This document shows, one piece after another, positions 24,951 through 38,929 of a DNA stretch of 64,000 bases (position 1 is its first letter; every line of letters begins with the position of its first letter). The notes below the pieces were generated by a model. That model made no database searches. It was given only the letters and a program-made list of their open reading frames with translations, and was not told the origin of the DNA. The DNA comes from Octopus bimaculoides. Taxonomy: Eukaryota. The stretch lies in contig NC_068993.1 in the NCBI RefSeq assembly GCF_001194135.2, positions 56,889,917 through 56,953,916 of the forward strand. The letters run 5' to 3'. A program made the translations under genes and the position numbers.

Positions 24951-25432
24951 GTATATACATACATACACATATTTACCCGTATATATGATTGTGTTTGTGA
25001 AGAGACAGCGAGAAAGAGAGAGGGGGAGAGAAAGCGGTGAGAAGGAGGGAGGGAGAGAGAGAAGGGGAGAGAGAAAGGAAGAAGAGAGACAGGGAGCAAG
25101 GGAGAGAAAGAGGGGCAGAGAGAGAGAGAGTGGGAGAGAGAGAGAGTGGGAGAGAGAGAGAGTGGGAGAGAGAGAGAGGGTGCAAAATGGTTTCTTACAA
25201 TTACAGAGAGCACATGCGGAGATAGCGTATTTTCACGATATGCACAGTAACTGCACTTAGACCGTGCATGCATTATTTTACTTAGAGAATTAATAAGGTA
25301 ATGCACGTTTCCTGTAATGGATGATGTTACAGCTAATATAATCTATGTATGAACGTATGGATGCATGTATGTATGTATGTATGCGTGTATGTATGTACGT
25401 ATGTACGTATGTATGTATGTATGTGTGGGTTG

Positions 25433-25465
<33 letters not shown>

Positions 25466-26491
25466 TGTATGTATGTACGTATGTGTCTATCTATCTTTCT
25501 ATACTTAGCTTTCTCTCTGTCTACCTTTCCCTCTCTCTTCCTCACTCCATTCACCCTCTCTCTCATTGTATATATATATATATGCATATGTTTATGCGAG
25601 TGTGTATACGTGAGTATATACATNNNNNNNNNNNNNNNNNNNNNNNNNNNNNNNNNNNNNNNNNNNNNNNNNNNNNNNNNNNNNNNNNNNNNNNNNNNNN
25701 NNNNNNNNNNNNNNNNNNNNNNNNNNNNNNNNNNNNNNNNNNNNNNNNNNNNNNNNNNNNNNNNNNNNNNNNNNNNNNNNNNNNNNNNNNNNNNNNNNNN
25801 NNNNNNNNNNNNNNNNNNNNNNNNNNNNNNNNNNNNNNNNNNNNNNNNNNNNNNNNNNNNNNNNNNNNNNNNNNNNNNNNNNNNNNNNNNNNNNNNNNNN
25901 NNNNNNNNNNNNNNNNNNNNNNNNNNNNNNNNNNNNNNNNNNNNNNNNNNNNNNNNNNNNNNNNNNNNNNNNNNNNNNNNNNNNNNNNNNNNNNNNNNNN
26001 NNNNNNNNNNNNNNNNNNNNNNNNNNNNNNNNNNNNNNNNNNNNNNNNNNNNNNNNNNNNNNNNNNNNNNNNNNNNNNNNNNNNNNNNNNNNNNNNNNNN
26101 NNNNNNNNNNNNNNNNNNNNNNNNNNNNNNNNNNNNNNNNNNNNNNNNNNNNNNNNNNNNNNNNNNNNNNNNNNNNNNNNNNNNNNNNNNNNNNNNNNNN
26201 NNNNNNNNNNNNNNNNNNATATACTACTTTATAATTTAACTGGCTTTTCTCCATAACATTGTTCTAAGTAGAAATTTCATGATATTTCATGTCTGAAAGA
26301 TACTAAATCCTGATATTGCTAGCAACCCGGAGGGCAGTGTCATCAACAATTTCCCTTTGATATCACATTTCTAATCACGTATTGAACCTGCTCTGCCGCT
26401 TTTGCTTTCAACTTAGTCATATCTGTCTGTGAGATGAATAAAACACAATATATATTGTAGACACGGCATTTCTTTTGATAGCACACCTGAA

Positions 26492-26493
<2 letters not shown>

Positions 26494-26570
<77 letters not shown>
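26494..26570. repeat. (CTAT)n microsatellite
   Basis: Direct inspection. Confidence 0.95.
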
Positions 26571-26571
<1 letters not shown>

Positions 26572-27128
26572 GTTATCTTTCTGTCTATCCATCTGTCTTT
26601 TATCAAAGCTCCCAGTCTATATATGTATATGTATGCATATATATCATATGTATATATGCATACATGTATGTGTGTATGAATGTGCATATATATACATGTA
26701 TATGTTTCTTAGTATTTGTATTGTGTAATATTTTCTGTCATACGCTGTTCCTCAGGCACCTTATATGATTCCATACACGCACATAGAAGTACAGACATGC
26801 AGGCATACACATCTCACACACATACAGACACATATGCATTTCATATATGATATATAATATAGGTATCATATATAATATGTATAATATATGTAAATATGTG
26901 TGTGTGTATATGTGCGTATATGCTTCTAAGTTTACGTGTGTGTGTGTGTGTGTGTGTGTTTGATTTTCAAAAGGAAAGGAATAATGTTTTCACTGAAGTA
27001 GACTTTAGATATTTACTATATTGGTGCTATTCTTCTGTTAGTACATGCCACACACACACACACATAGGCACACGCATACACACGCACTTATATACGCACA
27101 CACAGACACGCACACACACACGCACACA

Positions 27129-27169
<41 letters not shown>

Positions 27170-27186
27170 GTATATATATATGCGTG

Positions 27187-27282
27187 AAAGCGCATGGTTC
27201 AGTGGTTAGAGCGTGGGGCTCACAATCAAGACATAGGAAGTTCGATTTCCGAACCCAGCTGTGGGTTGTGTTCTTGAGCAAG
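27187..27282 (+). mobile_element. tRNA-derived SINE head fragment
   Basis: gcgcatggttcagtggttagagcg (A box), gttcgatttcc (B box), then gttgtgttcttgagcaag as in families F and G. Confidence 0.7.
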
Positions 27283-27399
27283 TAACGGCTATTTTTACAG
27301 GTTGAACCTCCGCATAGAGGCAAAGAAGCAGATAGCATTTTTAGTAAGAATATGTTTCTCATCGGTTATTAATTCGGAGTTACAGAAGAACAAAGAATT

Positions 27400-27782
27400 A
27401 CTCTTTTACTCTTTTACTTGTTTCAGTCATTTGACTGCGGCCACGCTGAAGCACCGCCTTTAGTCGATTAAATCGACCCCAGGACTCATTCTTTGTAATT
27501 CTAGTACTTATTGTATCGGTCACTAAGTTACGGAGATGCAAACACACCACCATCAGTTGTCATTCGATGTTGGAGGGGTGGAGACAAACTTATACACACA
27601 CATATAGAAACATATACATATGTATATGACGGGCTTCTTTCAGTTTCCGTCTACCAAATCCACTCACAAGGCGTTGGTCGGCCCGAGGCATATAATAGAA
27701 GACACTTGCCCAAGGTGCCACGCAGTGGGAATCAACCCGGAACCATGTGGTTGATAAGCAAGCTACTTACCACACAGCCACT
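27400..27782 (-). mobile_element. SINE family B, essentially full length, (GTAAAAGA)n tail
   Basis: Reverse complement of head, CORE-like motif, short internal TA tract, 3' module and tail repeat. Confidence 0.9.
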
Positions 27783-29915
27783 TCTTATTTCAATATAAAA
27801 TGTGAGCCAGGGCATTTACTTTAACTCAGGCAGCGTTGAGTCAATTGCATCATGTAAAGAACCCCTTATCTACTTCTTGGAGAGCGGCAGATCAATGACA
27901 ATCTGTACAGACCGAATTATCTACTGCCACGCTTGCCTATCTTTCTGCCTCGCACTTAGAAATGATATAGCGGACACATTGAAATGATTTCCCCCAGTAA
28001 ACAAAAGAAAAATGATGGATATAGCAGTAAACTGTTCCATCAAACCTCAATCGTGAAGGTCAAAGAGTAACCAAGTAACTGCACACAATGAACAAGTGGT
28101 CGCTCCAGTTCTATACTACGTCATAAAGAGAAATAATTCAACATACAGCTGTTCCGAAGTTGGCAAACAAGTCCATCTTATATTTATTGCTTTTATATAT
28201 ACTCAAGTATTAGATATGAAGCCCGACTCCCGCAATCAGAAAGGCAAATTTTTATAAGTAAACTGTCTGTTTATACAACCAAGAATTTCCTTGGCATGAA
28301 ATTAAATTATAGTGGATGAAAGTTTCCTCCAAACTTTGTAACCGAACATTGGTTTGGACAACCAGAACGTGAACGAATCTGCGGTTTTGTATAAAAGTAT
28401 TTTCTCTATCAGAAATATTTGGAGAATCACTTGGGTTTCAGCAATGCCGAAATGACTTTACGGTGTGTTTGTTCAACGAGCCGACTTATCCCATGTTTTC
28501 GATCAATATTTCTTGATGGTTGTTGGCCCTGTGTTAGGTCCACACGTCAGCGTAACACGTCTGGTGTTTGCCAGGTTGTGTTTCTACTTACGTTCATAAT
28601 CTCGCTCATCTAACGAGAAAAACGATTCCGTCATCCATCACAAGTCCTCGTAACTGGTTCTTATGGATACCGTCAAGATCATAGCACGCAGAACAACCGG
28701 AACTATACATACATTTACACATATGCACATATAAATACATGCAGATTTCCACCGTGCATCCATCCATACATGCGTATACACATGCATACATACAGACATG
28801 CATACATGCATGTAGATATACATACACAAATACGAATTTACGTTTGTTATTTCTTTTATGCTTCTGATGAGAATCGGATCATCACATTTACAGTTCTGTG
28901 CCCTAGAGTGGCTCATGAAGTCTANNNNNNNNNNNNNNNNNNNNNNNNNNNNNNNNNNNNNNNNNNNNNNNNNNNNNNNNNNNNNNNNNNNNNNNNNNNN
29001 NNNNNNNNNNNNNNNNNNNNNNNNNNNNNNNNNNNNNNNNNNNNNNNNNNNNNNNNNNNNNNNNNNNNNNNNNNNNNNNNNNNNNNNNNNNNNNNNNNNN
29101 NNNNNNNNNNNNNNNNNNNNNNNNNNNNNNNNNNNNNNNNNNNNNNNNNNNNNNNNNNNNNNNNNNNNNNNNNNNNNNNNNNNNNNNNNNNNNNNNNNNN
29201 NNNNNNNNNNNNNNNNNNNNNNNNNNNNNNNNNNNNNNNNNNNNNNNNNNNNNNNNNNNNNNNNNNNNNNNNNNNNNNNNNNNNNNNNNNNNNNNNNNNN
29301 NNNNNNNNNNNNNNNNNNNNNNNNNNNNNNNNNNNNNNNNNNNNNNNNNNNNNNNNNNNNNNNNNNNNNNNNNNNNNNNNNNNNNNNNNNNNNNNNNNNN
29401 NNNNNNNNNNNNNNNNNNNNNNNNNNNNNNNNATATATGTATATATATAATGTCTATGTATGTATGTATTTGAGTTTATAAATAAGAAAGCATTCACAAC
29501 ACACAACACAAGTAAAGCAGACGGTTGAAACGTATCTTTCTTCATTAATTGCTACAATGAATAAAGATATTTACTTCTTCATCAATCGGTGAATCAATAA
29601 AAGACCTTGAAGAATTTGCTAATGAAAAACATTCGTCTTTACGAAAGCGTATGACATGTTCAAAGAGAGGAAACTCCAGCTGATGGATGTCAGCTTCTCG
29701 TCACATCTTTTCTGGCATCTAAAATTGTATAGAATAAAATATTGATTTCTAAATGGTCTCGTGAAAATATTACTTCTTTCGAAATATTACATATAAACAC
29801 TCGAGACACACACAGGAGCACATGCATACACTCACACAAACATGTATATATATGTGTATGAGTATATGTATATGTCAATATACTCAAACATACACCCACA
29901 CACCCACACACACAA

Positions 29916-29954
<39 letters not shown>

Positions 29955-30161
29955 NNNNNNNNNNNNNNNNNNNNNNNNNNNNNNNNNNNNNNNNNNNNNN
30001 NNNNNNNNNNNNNNNNNNNNNNNNNNNNNNNNNNNNNNNNNNNNNNNNNNNNNNNNNNNNNNNNNNNNNNNNNNNNNNNNNNNNNNNNNNNNNNNNNNNN
30101 NNNNNNNNNNNNNNNNNNNNNNNNNNNNNNNNNNNNNNNNNNNNNNNNNNNNNNNNNNNNN

Positions 30162-30197
<36 letters not shown>

Positions 30198-31206
30198 AAT
30201 ATATGTATGTATATATATTTATATATATATATACGTATGTCTGTATACCTTTATATCTATATATATTTATGTATGTATGTATGTATGTATGTACGTATGT
30301 ATATATATATATGTATGTATATGTGTACATGTATATGTCTATGTGTGCGTGTGCGCGTGTGAGTGTGTATGTGCGTTAATTAATTACGCGCTAAAGAGCA
30401 TTCATTCTGTACCACATCTGCTGAGGCACAGAAGGTAAACCTTTCATTTCGCAACACACCAAAGACTTAGTTGTATTGTAACAATTGAAAGCGAACGTCG
30501 TTTTTTTTTCTCTTTTTTTCTCCGTTGACAGAGAGAATAGTTAGCGATTCATTGAAATTAATTAATTAATTTTGAACTAAACAGCGAGCTTTCTCTTCAA
30601 TATCTGTGTTGTAAATGCAAGGTAAAACTGTTTCCCCATAACACACGCTAGTGCTGTGGCTGTGTCGTGACGAATGAAACAAATGAATACTCTGTTTCTC
30701 TCCGAGGACAGAAAATATATGAGTGTTTCAGCTCACACTTAAATCTCGGATTCTTATTGCAGATGAAATATCCTTTGATGAATAACTATATTTAATAACT
30801 AAATATAACCACCAAGTGTAAAGAGCTAGCTAGACCTGGTTAGTTTCTTTGTATAAAGAGTGTTATACTGGTTCGTTATTATTGAAATTAATTAATTAAT
30901 TTATTAATTAATTAATTATGCCTTCTATGATGAGTACCAAACGGAATTGGAAACCGTTAACACAGATTCATTTTCCTGTCGTCGTAGCGCGTTTGTTTCC
31001 AATGGTAACAAACAAATGTCGGCTTTTTTGTGAAAAATACTTCATCGTGTGTCGATGCACAAATGTACCATATATTCACACATATATACGAACATACACA
31101 TACATACACACACACTCATATATATACATACATACATAATACAAGCATGCACATGCATGTTATGCGTATATCTGTTTAGTTGTAAATGTGCTATATATAC
31201 ATCGGA

Positions 31207-31246
<40 letters not shown>

Positions 31247-32329
31247 GCAGCAGGTAAGATGTAAGTCCGAAGCAAGTAGGAAAAAAGGAACGATAAAAGC
31301 TATATTAGAGAAATACACAACATATTCCATGCCAGATTCTCGCAACATTTCACTCGTTTCTCAGTATTAAGGGAAGGAAATCAAATTCTGTAACAAAGTT
31401 AATATAATTTCATCTCAAAAGGAAAGAAAATGTACTGGGTAAGAAGGGACAGTTGCAACATGTATGCAAAATGATTAACCACCTTGTGAATTTCAGGAAA
31501 ATACTACATAATTGAGTAAAAACAAAAGAACAAAAAGTAAGATACTATCACGATGTAGACATTAGAAGAAATTCATTAGAATCTTTTTCTGAATTGCAAA
31601 CATTGTAAGAATTTGAAGACACAGTGTTTGTTGAGATTTCTGTGGAGAGATGTGGAGAGATGTCGAACTTTACTAAACGACATTTAAGATGGGCAAAAGA
31701 AAAATGCTGCCCTAATTATCTAACTAATCACAGCGAATACAAATTTAGAGATAGCCGTACAGTTATGATAACAAAAAAACAAATTTTACCAACAACACAG
31801 GTCCCCCAGCAACCAAATATCTGCCGTCCCCTTATAATTAAAACAGACATTTGCAGATAAATAATTTAGTGAAACTTGATATAATTACGTAAGCTACGCA
31901 TAGAGACAGTGAAACAATGCACCCCAGCAATAGACCACTGAAAATTGACAAGAGGACAATGACCAAAAATAGGCTAATACCGATGAATTAATCAATAGAA
32001 GCAAATTCCAAACCAAATAAATGAACGAAATATAATTACGAAATTGATAAGCAGAGACAAAAGAAGCGGCAAATTAGCTATTAAAAGGTGACAGTATTAC
32101 AATAATTTATAACGGTAGCGCCATAACAAAATTGTTATTTTTAATATAGGTATGGAAAACAATAGCCTTACATACAACAATGAAAAAAAATCATTGTAAT
32201 AAACAATATGGTTTAAGCCAATGTAGTGTGAGTTGCCTTTGTTTATTGTTTACAATCTGTAACGTAAAAATGTCTGTATAGATATATACGTATGTATACA
32301 TGTCTGTGTAAATATATATATATGTCATA

Positions 32330-32360
<31 letters not shown>

Positions 32361-32600
32361 ATATGCGTTTTTGTGTGTACGTACATATGAACCACTCAGA
32401 CATATGCGTATATTCACAGAGACAGCGAGAAAGAGGGAAAGAGAGAGTGAAAGTTAAAACTGTTTTGATACGTACCGTGCAGAAATAAGTATGAACAATC
32501 TACTTGTGTGTGTGTATGTATGTATGTATGTATGTATGTATGTATATCTACACATACATTATCACTGAACAGGTTGACCAACCGATTTTCATCGTAGCCA

Positions 32601-32811
32601 AGGTGGTGTGTTTACGTCCCCGTAACTTAGCGGTTCGGCAAAAGGGACCGATAAAATAAGTACTAGGCTACCAAAGAATAAGTCCTGGGGTCGATTTGCT
32701 CGACTAAAGGCGGTTGCGGCCATGCTGGAGCACCGCCTTTAGCCGAGCAAATCGACCCCAAGATTTATTCTTTGGAAGCCTAGTACTTATTTTATCGGTC
32801 GTTTATGCCGA
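32601..32811. mobile_element. Two SINE B 3' fragments fused tail-to-tail (fold-back)
   Basis: Plus copy runs to ctaaaggcggt (32714), then switches to a minus-strand copy; the arms 32635-32714 and 32732-32811 are reverse complements with mismatches. Confidence 0.85.
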
Positions 32812-33706
32812 NNNNNNNNNNNNNNNNNNNNNNNNNNNNNNNNNNNNNNNNNNNNNNNNNNNNNNNNNNNNNNNNNNNNNNNNNNNNNNNNNNNNNNNNN
32901 NNNNNNNNNNNNNNNNNNNNNNNNNNNNNNNNNNNNNNNNNNNNNNNNNNNNNNNNNNNNNNNNNNNNNNNNNNNNNNNNNNNNNNNNNNNNNNNNNNNN
33001 NNNNNNNNNNNNNNNNNNNNNNNNNNNNNNNNNNNNNNNNNNNNNNNNNNNNNNNNNNNNNNNNNNNNNNNNNNNNNNNNNNNNNNNNNNNNNNNNNNNN
33101 NNNNNNNNNNNNNNNNNNNNNNNNNNNNNNNNNNNNNNNNNNNNNNNNNNNNNNNNNNNNNNNNNNNNNNNNNNNNNNNNNNNNATATATATATATATAC
33201 ATATGTACATATATTATGTATATCTTGCATCGTGTGTGTTCGTGTGTGTATGATGTGGATGTGCATAAATACTCAAGTACCTGCACACGGGTGCAACTAT
33301 GTGTGTCTGTGGATAATAAAAGAGGGACAAACAGACAGAAAATCGAGAAATAAAGCAATACAGAGCGGTCTAATACCCAAGAAGATAATTTCATACCCAC
33401 CTGCCTACACACCCACTCTGCGTCGACAATCTTCGTACCTCACTGTACCGACATGCCTATGCATTCATTTCATTAATCTATTATGCTATATTGTTCACAT
33501 CAATAACATGTGCATGTCTACAGCCATTCTTCTGACGAATTGTTACGTAATCTGCATGATAACATTGTTGCTACGAAGTGCATTGTCAGACGCAACAGGT
33601 GAATGCAACGCTATGCTTTCGTACACACGTGTATACAAGCATACAGACCTCACGTGGAAAGATACGTGCAGACACACAGACACACACAGATACCAACACG
33701 GGTATG

Positions 33707-33765
<59 letters not shown>

Positions 33766-34145
33766 CCAAATATGGATTCACACACAAGCGTATACAGAGC
33801 GAGAGAAAGACAGTGAGCGAGAGATAGAGAGAAAAGAGAAGCAGAGAAGTACAAAGAGTATAAGAAAAAGATGACTGAAATAACTACGCAAATGCAACCA
33901 TATATGTGTGTATGTGTGTGTATGTGTGTGTGTATGTCTCTGTGTGTATTAGTGCGAACGTGCAGATAAATACGTATACACACCAATACGTACATATATA
34001 TGCGTGTTGTTATAATCTATCGATATATGTACGACACTCTCGCTCGCTCTGTCTTTCCACACACACAGAGACACATACACATACACAGACTCACATACAC
34101 ACATAGTATATGACTTGATACTAAAAATAGAAGTAATAATATATA

Positions 34146-35040
34146 TTAGGTTGTCAAGAAAGTTCTTGCGGTCTTTAACCTTTAAATTCAGATGCACATA
34201 TCTCGACTCAAGCAAAACTTTATTAATCGAAATAAACAACACCAGAATCAACACACTTTTGCCAACGCGAAACAAGCTTATTTATGCCAGTAGCGTAAAA
34301 ATCCTGCGTTCTGGTTGAGATGAAGTCGTTGAAGGCGTATTTGGCATCGTCTTGGTTTTTGAAGCATTTCTCACACAGGAAGTTGTCGAGATGCTTGAAA
34401 AAGTGGTAGTCTCTAGGTGAGAGGTCTGGTGAGTATGACGGAGGAGGCAGAGTTTCATAGCCCAATTCGTTCAACATCTGCGGGGTCTGTTGTGCGACGT
34501 GCAACCGAGCGTTGTCGTGGAGAAGAATTGGTCCTTTTCTATTGACCAATGCTGGCTGTTGTTGTCGGAGTACCTTACACATTCCATCGATTTGCTGACA
34601 GTAACTCTCCGCCGTAATGGTTTCACCTGGATCCAAAAAGCTGTGATGGATGAGACCGGCCGCAGACCACCAAACAGCCACCATGACCTTCTTTTGGTGC
34701 AACTTTGTCTTCGAGAAGTGCCGTGGAGCTTCGTCGGCGTCCTACAACTGAGCTGAGCGTCGCCGGTTGTCGCAAAGAATCCACTTTTCATCGCAAGTCA
34801 CAATCTGGTCGAGAAACGGGTCGTTCTTGTTGCGGAAAAAATAAGGGAAGACGACACTTCAAAATGGCATTTTTATTTTGTTGTCATTCAATTCGTGCGG
34901 CACCCATTTCTCAAGTATTGTTGTTTTTCCAATCTCTTTCAAGTGGTTGGAAATTGTCGTATACGTTACGTCTAATTCAAAAGTAAGCACTCGAACATTT
35001 GTGCGTGGATTGGCTTTGACTAAGGCTCTTAGTTGATCGT
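34146..35040 (-). mobile_element. Mariner (D,D34D) transposon, 5'-truncated and defective, Hsmar1/cecropia-like; one TIR present
   Basis: ORF 34223-34702 has HDNA...YSPDLSPRD with exactly 34 residues between the two Ds. Upstream frames give TCDEKW and WVPHEL, broken by a stop and frameshifts. TA|TTAGGTTGTCAAGAAAGTTCTTGCGGTCTT at 34144-34175 resembles the Hsmar1 TIR. Confidence 0.93.
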
Positions 35041-35329
35041 ATATATATGTATGTCTACACGGTGGACTATGAATAAAATCCCGTAGAATATTAGTTCTGT
35101 ATCACTTTATGACATTCCGTCTTCATACCTGGAGTCAGACTGCAGTAAGCCAGCAATTGGCCTGATTGAATCTTATAGCCAAAGTTACGTCAGTTGAAAA
35201 TGGTAATTTTAAAATATAAGTATTGAATTCCGTTTCTCTCATTTTGGCTTATACGTTTTCTATTTTACCGCTGTTTTATTGTCGCCTGACATCTAGGTCA
35301 AATAGCAATAAAAATAAATTTATATCGTG

Positions 35330-35514
35330 TGTGCGTATATACATACATGTATATATATTTGTATGCTTGTATATATATACATATATATATATATGTAGAT
35401 ATATAGATATTGTATATGTATTTATATATATGTTTATATATATATGTATATGTATATTTATATATATGTATATACATATATATATATATATGTATACGTA
35501 TAGGTATGTATATG

Positions 35515-35600
<86 letters not shown>
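35330..35600. repeat. (TA)n-rich microsatellite
   Basis: Direct inspection. Confidence 0.95.
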
Positions 35601-35920
35601 AATACATACAACTTCACACATATTTTCATGATCACGTGGAAATTCTGATACACGCGGTCATACAAACACACAAAAATACACACACACACACACACACACA
35701 CACTCAAACAATACACAATCAGTTTTAATTGAAAGTCAACGTTTATGGGTTTTAGCTATTTTTAGTCAAAGAAGAATTCTGTAAAAACCCTCGAATTGAC
35801 ATCCACGAGTTTGACCATTGAACAAACTGTCCACGTTTTCATTTGAGAAGTCCAACATAAAAACACACATAGCTATTCATTCCACCCACCCTCGCTCTTG
35901 ATGTATTACTCGCATTCTAA

Positions 35921-35923
<3 letters not shown>

Positions 35924-36017
<94 letters not shown>

Positions 36018-36027
36018 GTTATTATTA
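35924..36027. repeat. (ATT)n microsatellite
   Basis: Direct inspection. Confidence 0.95.
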
Positions 36028-36064
36028 CTGAAAGAGAAATAGAAGTGAATTAATCTCTGACTCA

Positions 36065-36760
36065 CTGTCTTGTCGCTTCTTTCTTTTTATGATTCTATGC
36101 ACAGATAATCCAATATCACAGAACTAAATTGTGTAGGAAAATTACTTGGGAATTGGCAGAAAATAAATTTCCACAATTTCAGGATAATTAATCTTTTAAT
36201 CTATATCCATAATTCACTATGCGACACTGATCTGAGCTTTAATGTGAGATTGCCATCATTTCGTATTTCAATCAATTCCTATGCGTTTGTGAAGATCATT
36301 TTCAAGAGACTTGCAATTGATGCAATAAACGTCTCTAAAGAAGCAGGTATTGTGTTCTGTATCTAAACTTGGAGAAAAGATCACTGACACTTTCTTTGCA
36401 TTTACATTATGATGTTGTTAAAAAAAAATCAATAATATATAATAATTCTCACTCTGTATTGCTGGTACCAGCTCAAGGAAATGACTATGAGACTTCGTTC
36501 ACGTTGACAGCGCTATTTTTTAACTGGCACTTTAGGAACACGCTCAAGATGTCTACCTTCACATTGACAGACCATCTCATCTCTTACAGTATTTATTATC
36601 TTATCACTGGAAGATAAAACATTATGTCCAGCTGCGCTTTGCTCTTCTTTTTTTCTTTTTACAACATATTTGTGGCAATTCAACTTTTTTGAAGATTATC
36701 TAGAGTATACTAATTTGGCAGACGAAGTGAATTGTTTCAGAGTCCGAAACATTAATTTTG
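36065..36760 (-). mobile_element. Decayed hAT (Buster/Charlie-type) transposase C-terminal relic, copy 1
   Basis: Minus frames: KLVY..., SSDKIINTV, ELIEIRNDGNLTLKL...LWI*IK, NYPEIV, FCDIGLS; the order matches the Buster pattern KLAYL / ELIEL..D..LK..F..FW / EYP / LCE.GFS. Confidence 0.65.
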
Positions 36761-37319
36761 GTGAATATCGATCCCGACTCGTACTAGGCATTTCAGTTAA
36801 ATATTTAGACATATCTGACAATATATATATATATANNNNNNNNNNNNNNNNNNNNNNNNNNNNNNNNNNNNNNNNNNNNNNNNNNNNNNNNNNNNNNNNN
36901 NNNNNNNNNNNNNNNNNNNNNNNNNNNNNNNNNNNNNNNNNNNNNNNNNNNNNNNNNNNNNNNNNNNNNNNNNNNNNNNNNNNNNNNNNNNNNNNNNNNN
37001 NNNNNNNNNNNNNNNNNNNNNNNNNNNNNNNNNNNNNNNNNNNNNNNNNNNNNNNNTATATATATATATATATATATATATGAGAAGAAAAGTTTGACGG
37101 GGGAATAAATCTCTTACGAAACAGTCGAAGTCTCTGTAGTTATTTATTTTCAAATCTCCACTTCCCTTGGTGATCACAAATTTTGCTAGGCTGGAATTGA
37201 ACTCATCACTACAATTTTATTATCTTACTGCTTGTTGCCACTATAAAGTTTCACATATAGTAGAACCAATTTGAGGGGTAATGCACCCGTTTATGGACTG
37301 TGAAGCGGGGACGCATGAA

Positions 37320-37500
37320 CGATTCTCTGTCGGTCTCGACGATGATCAACCAATCAATTATCTGAACTGTTAAATTACTACTCGGGAGGTTTCCTTGCTA
37401 ATGGGTGAGTATTCTGCTGACCCGTGTACCGTTAACGTAATTCTTCGCCCAAATCAGCCTGACAGTTTGTGACGAGGGTGGGCCTTTCATTGCAAGTAAA
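37320..37500 (-). mobile_element. Old SINE family C/F 3' module
   Basis: gtgtaccgttaacgtaattc...tgtgacgag and tgtcggtctcgacgatga parallel the minus-strand C copy at 53302-53480. Confidence 0.6.
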
Positions 37501-37609
37501 ATAAAAGAGCGAGCTGGAGTCGTAAATAGGTAGAAAGAGAGAGAATTAGAGAAAAGAGACAGAGAATCAAACAGAGGGAAAGAGGAATGGAGAGAGGGAT
37601 AATAATCGT

Positions 37610-38275
37610 TGGATTTGGATATCGCAGATGACTTGGCGTAACACATTTCGACAGAGGTACGCGGCACGCTATAACAGATATCCTACATAGTTTGGAAGCG
37701 TAGGCATGCCTGCAAATTGCAGCTGAAAAGAGCATAGCCATGTCAATTAGTGAAACACAGGTACAATATGTCAATCTGGGAGAAGGAGAGATCAAGTATG
37801 TCGATTAGTTTCCATATCTCGGACACTGTATTTGCAACGAAGGTGATGCGGAAGTTGGAGTCAAGACTAGAACAGGTAATGCAAAGTCAGTATTCCAATG
37901 CCATCGTCGAATATGGAGTTCGAAGGTCATCAGTAAGAAGAGAAACTTGCAACTATACTCATCTATTGTTATACCAACAACCATCTAAGACTGTGGAATC
38001 TGGAAGACGACAACAAAGATGTCTCGATTGCTGGAGCTGTTCCATCGACATTGTCTGCGTTCAGTTCTGGGCATCTGTTACCGGGACAGACTGAGAAAGT
38101 TTGCCAGATATAGGCACTAAGGACAGACCGAGGAGTTTGCTGGATATAGTCACTAAGTCTGGCACAGTATGATGGGAGTGGGCCCTGAATGGAGTTAAGA
38201 GGAGAGCGAGCAATCGGGATATTTGGAGAATGTTCATTGGCCGTTGTGCTGACAGCACAGGAGGATCTCTGAGAG
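37610..38275 (+). mobile_element. Decayed RTE-clade LINE 3' part, followed by an (AC)n tail
   Basis: DLDIADDLA, FPYLGHCI, RIWSSKVISKK, WKTTTK, LELFHRHCLRSVLGI, RRASNRDIWR match RTE RT and C-terminal motifs. Confidence 0.75.
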
Positions 38276-38278
38276 CTA

Positions 38279-38329
<51 letters not shown>

Positions 38330-38929
38330 CATACACCGACACTCCCCCACACACACGCACGCACACAATCCTTTGAATTGTATATCATAGTTAAAGACAT
38401 TACGGAAGCCGCTCTACAGTCAATCGACCAGTGATATCAGGCAATGTTCTTCAATTCTTCAAATCAGTCTTTACTGTCTTAAAAATGGAAGGACACAAGA
38501 AATAATGTAATTCAAGGTACATTATTCTTGAAAATAAAACAAACAATAAAAAAAACCCGATAGTTATACTGCAAATACTGCAACCCTCTTTGATCTTATA
38601 TCGTATACGACGAAGGCTTGACCTACAGATCAAGAAATACAAAAACAAGAACAACAACAACAACAACATCACCAACAAGTAATGTTTTTAGAATTCTGAA
38701 GCTCTGCTATTATTACTAAGTATCTTTTCATAGATTTTGTTCGATGCCATTTTATATTTCAACATTTTGAAAATCCTGCAACAATCAATTATATTCGAAA
38801 TATAAATATGAATGTCCTAGACTATAATTCTCTATGCGTATTTATTGAGTTATCCGAGTAGTTTTGAGAGATTTTAACTTCCAAATTAGAGCTTTTCAGG
38901 ACATGAGAACTTGTTCAAAGGCTGAAGAA

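Noticed and set aside
26723-26759. Minus-strand CTGAGGA...GAAAATATTA hammerhead-like string
   Set aside because: Stem II does not pair at its base and stem I is out of register; too weak to call.
28586-28705. Possible minus-strand exon bounded by AG and GTAAGT (SGCSACYDLDGIHKNQ...)
   Set aside because: All three frames contain a stop before the donor, the acceptor is weak, and the peptide is unrecognised.
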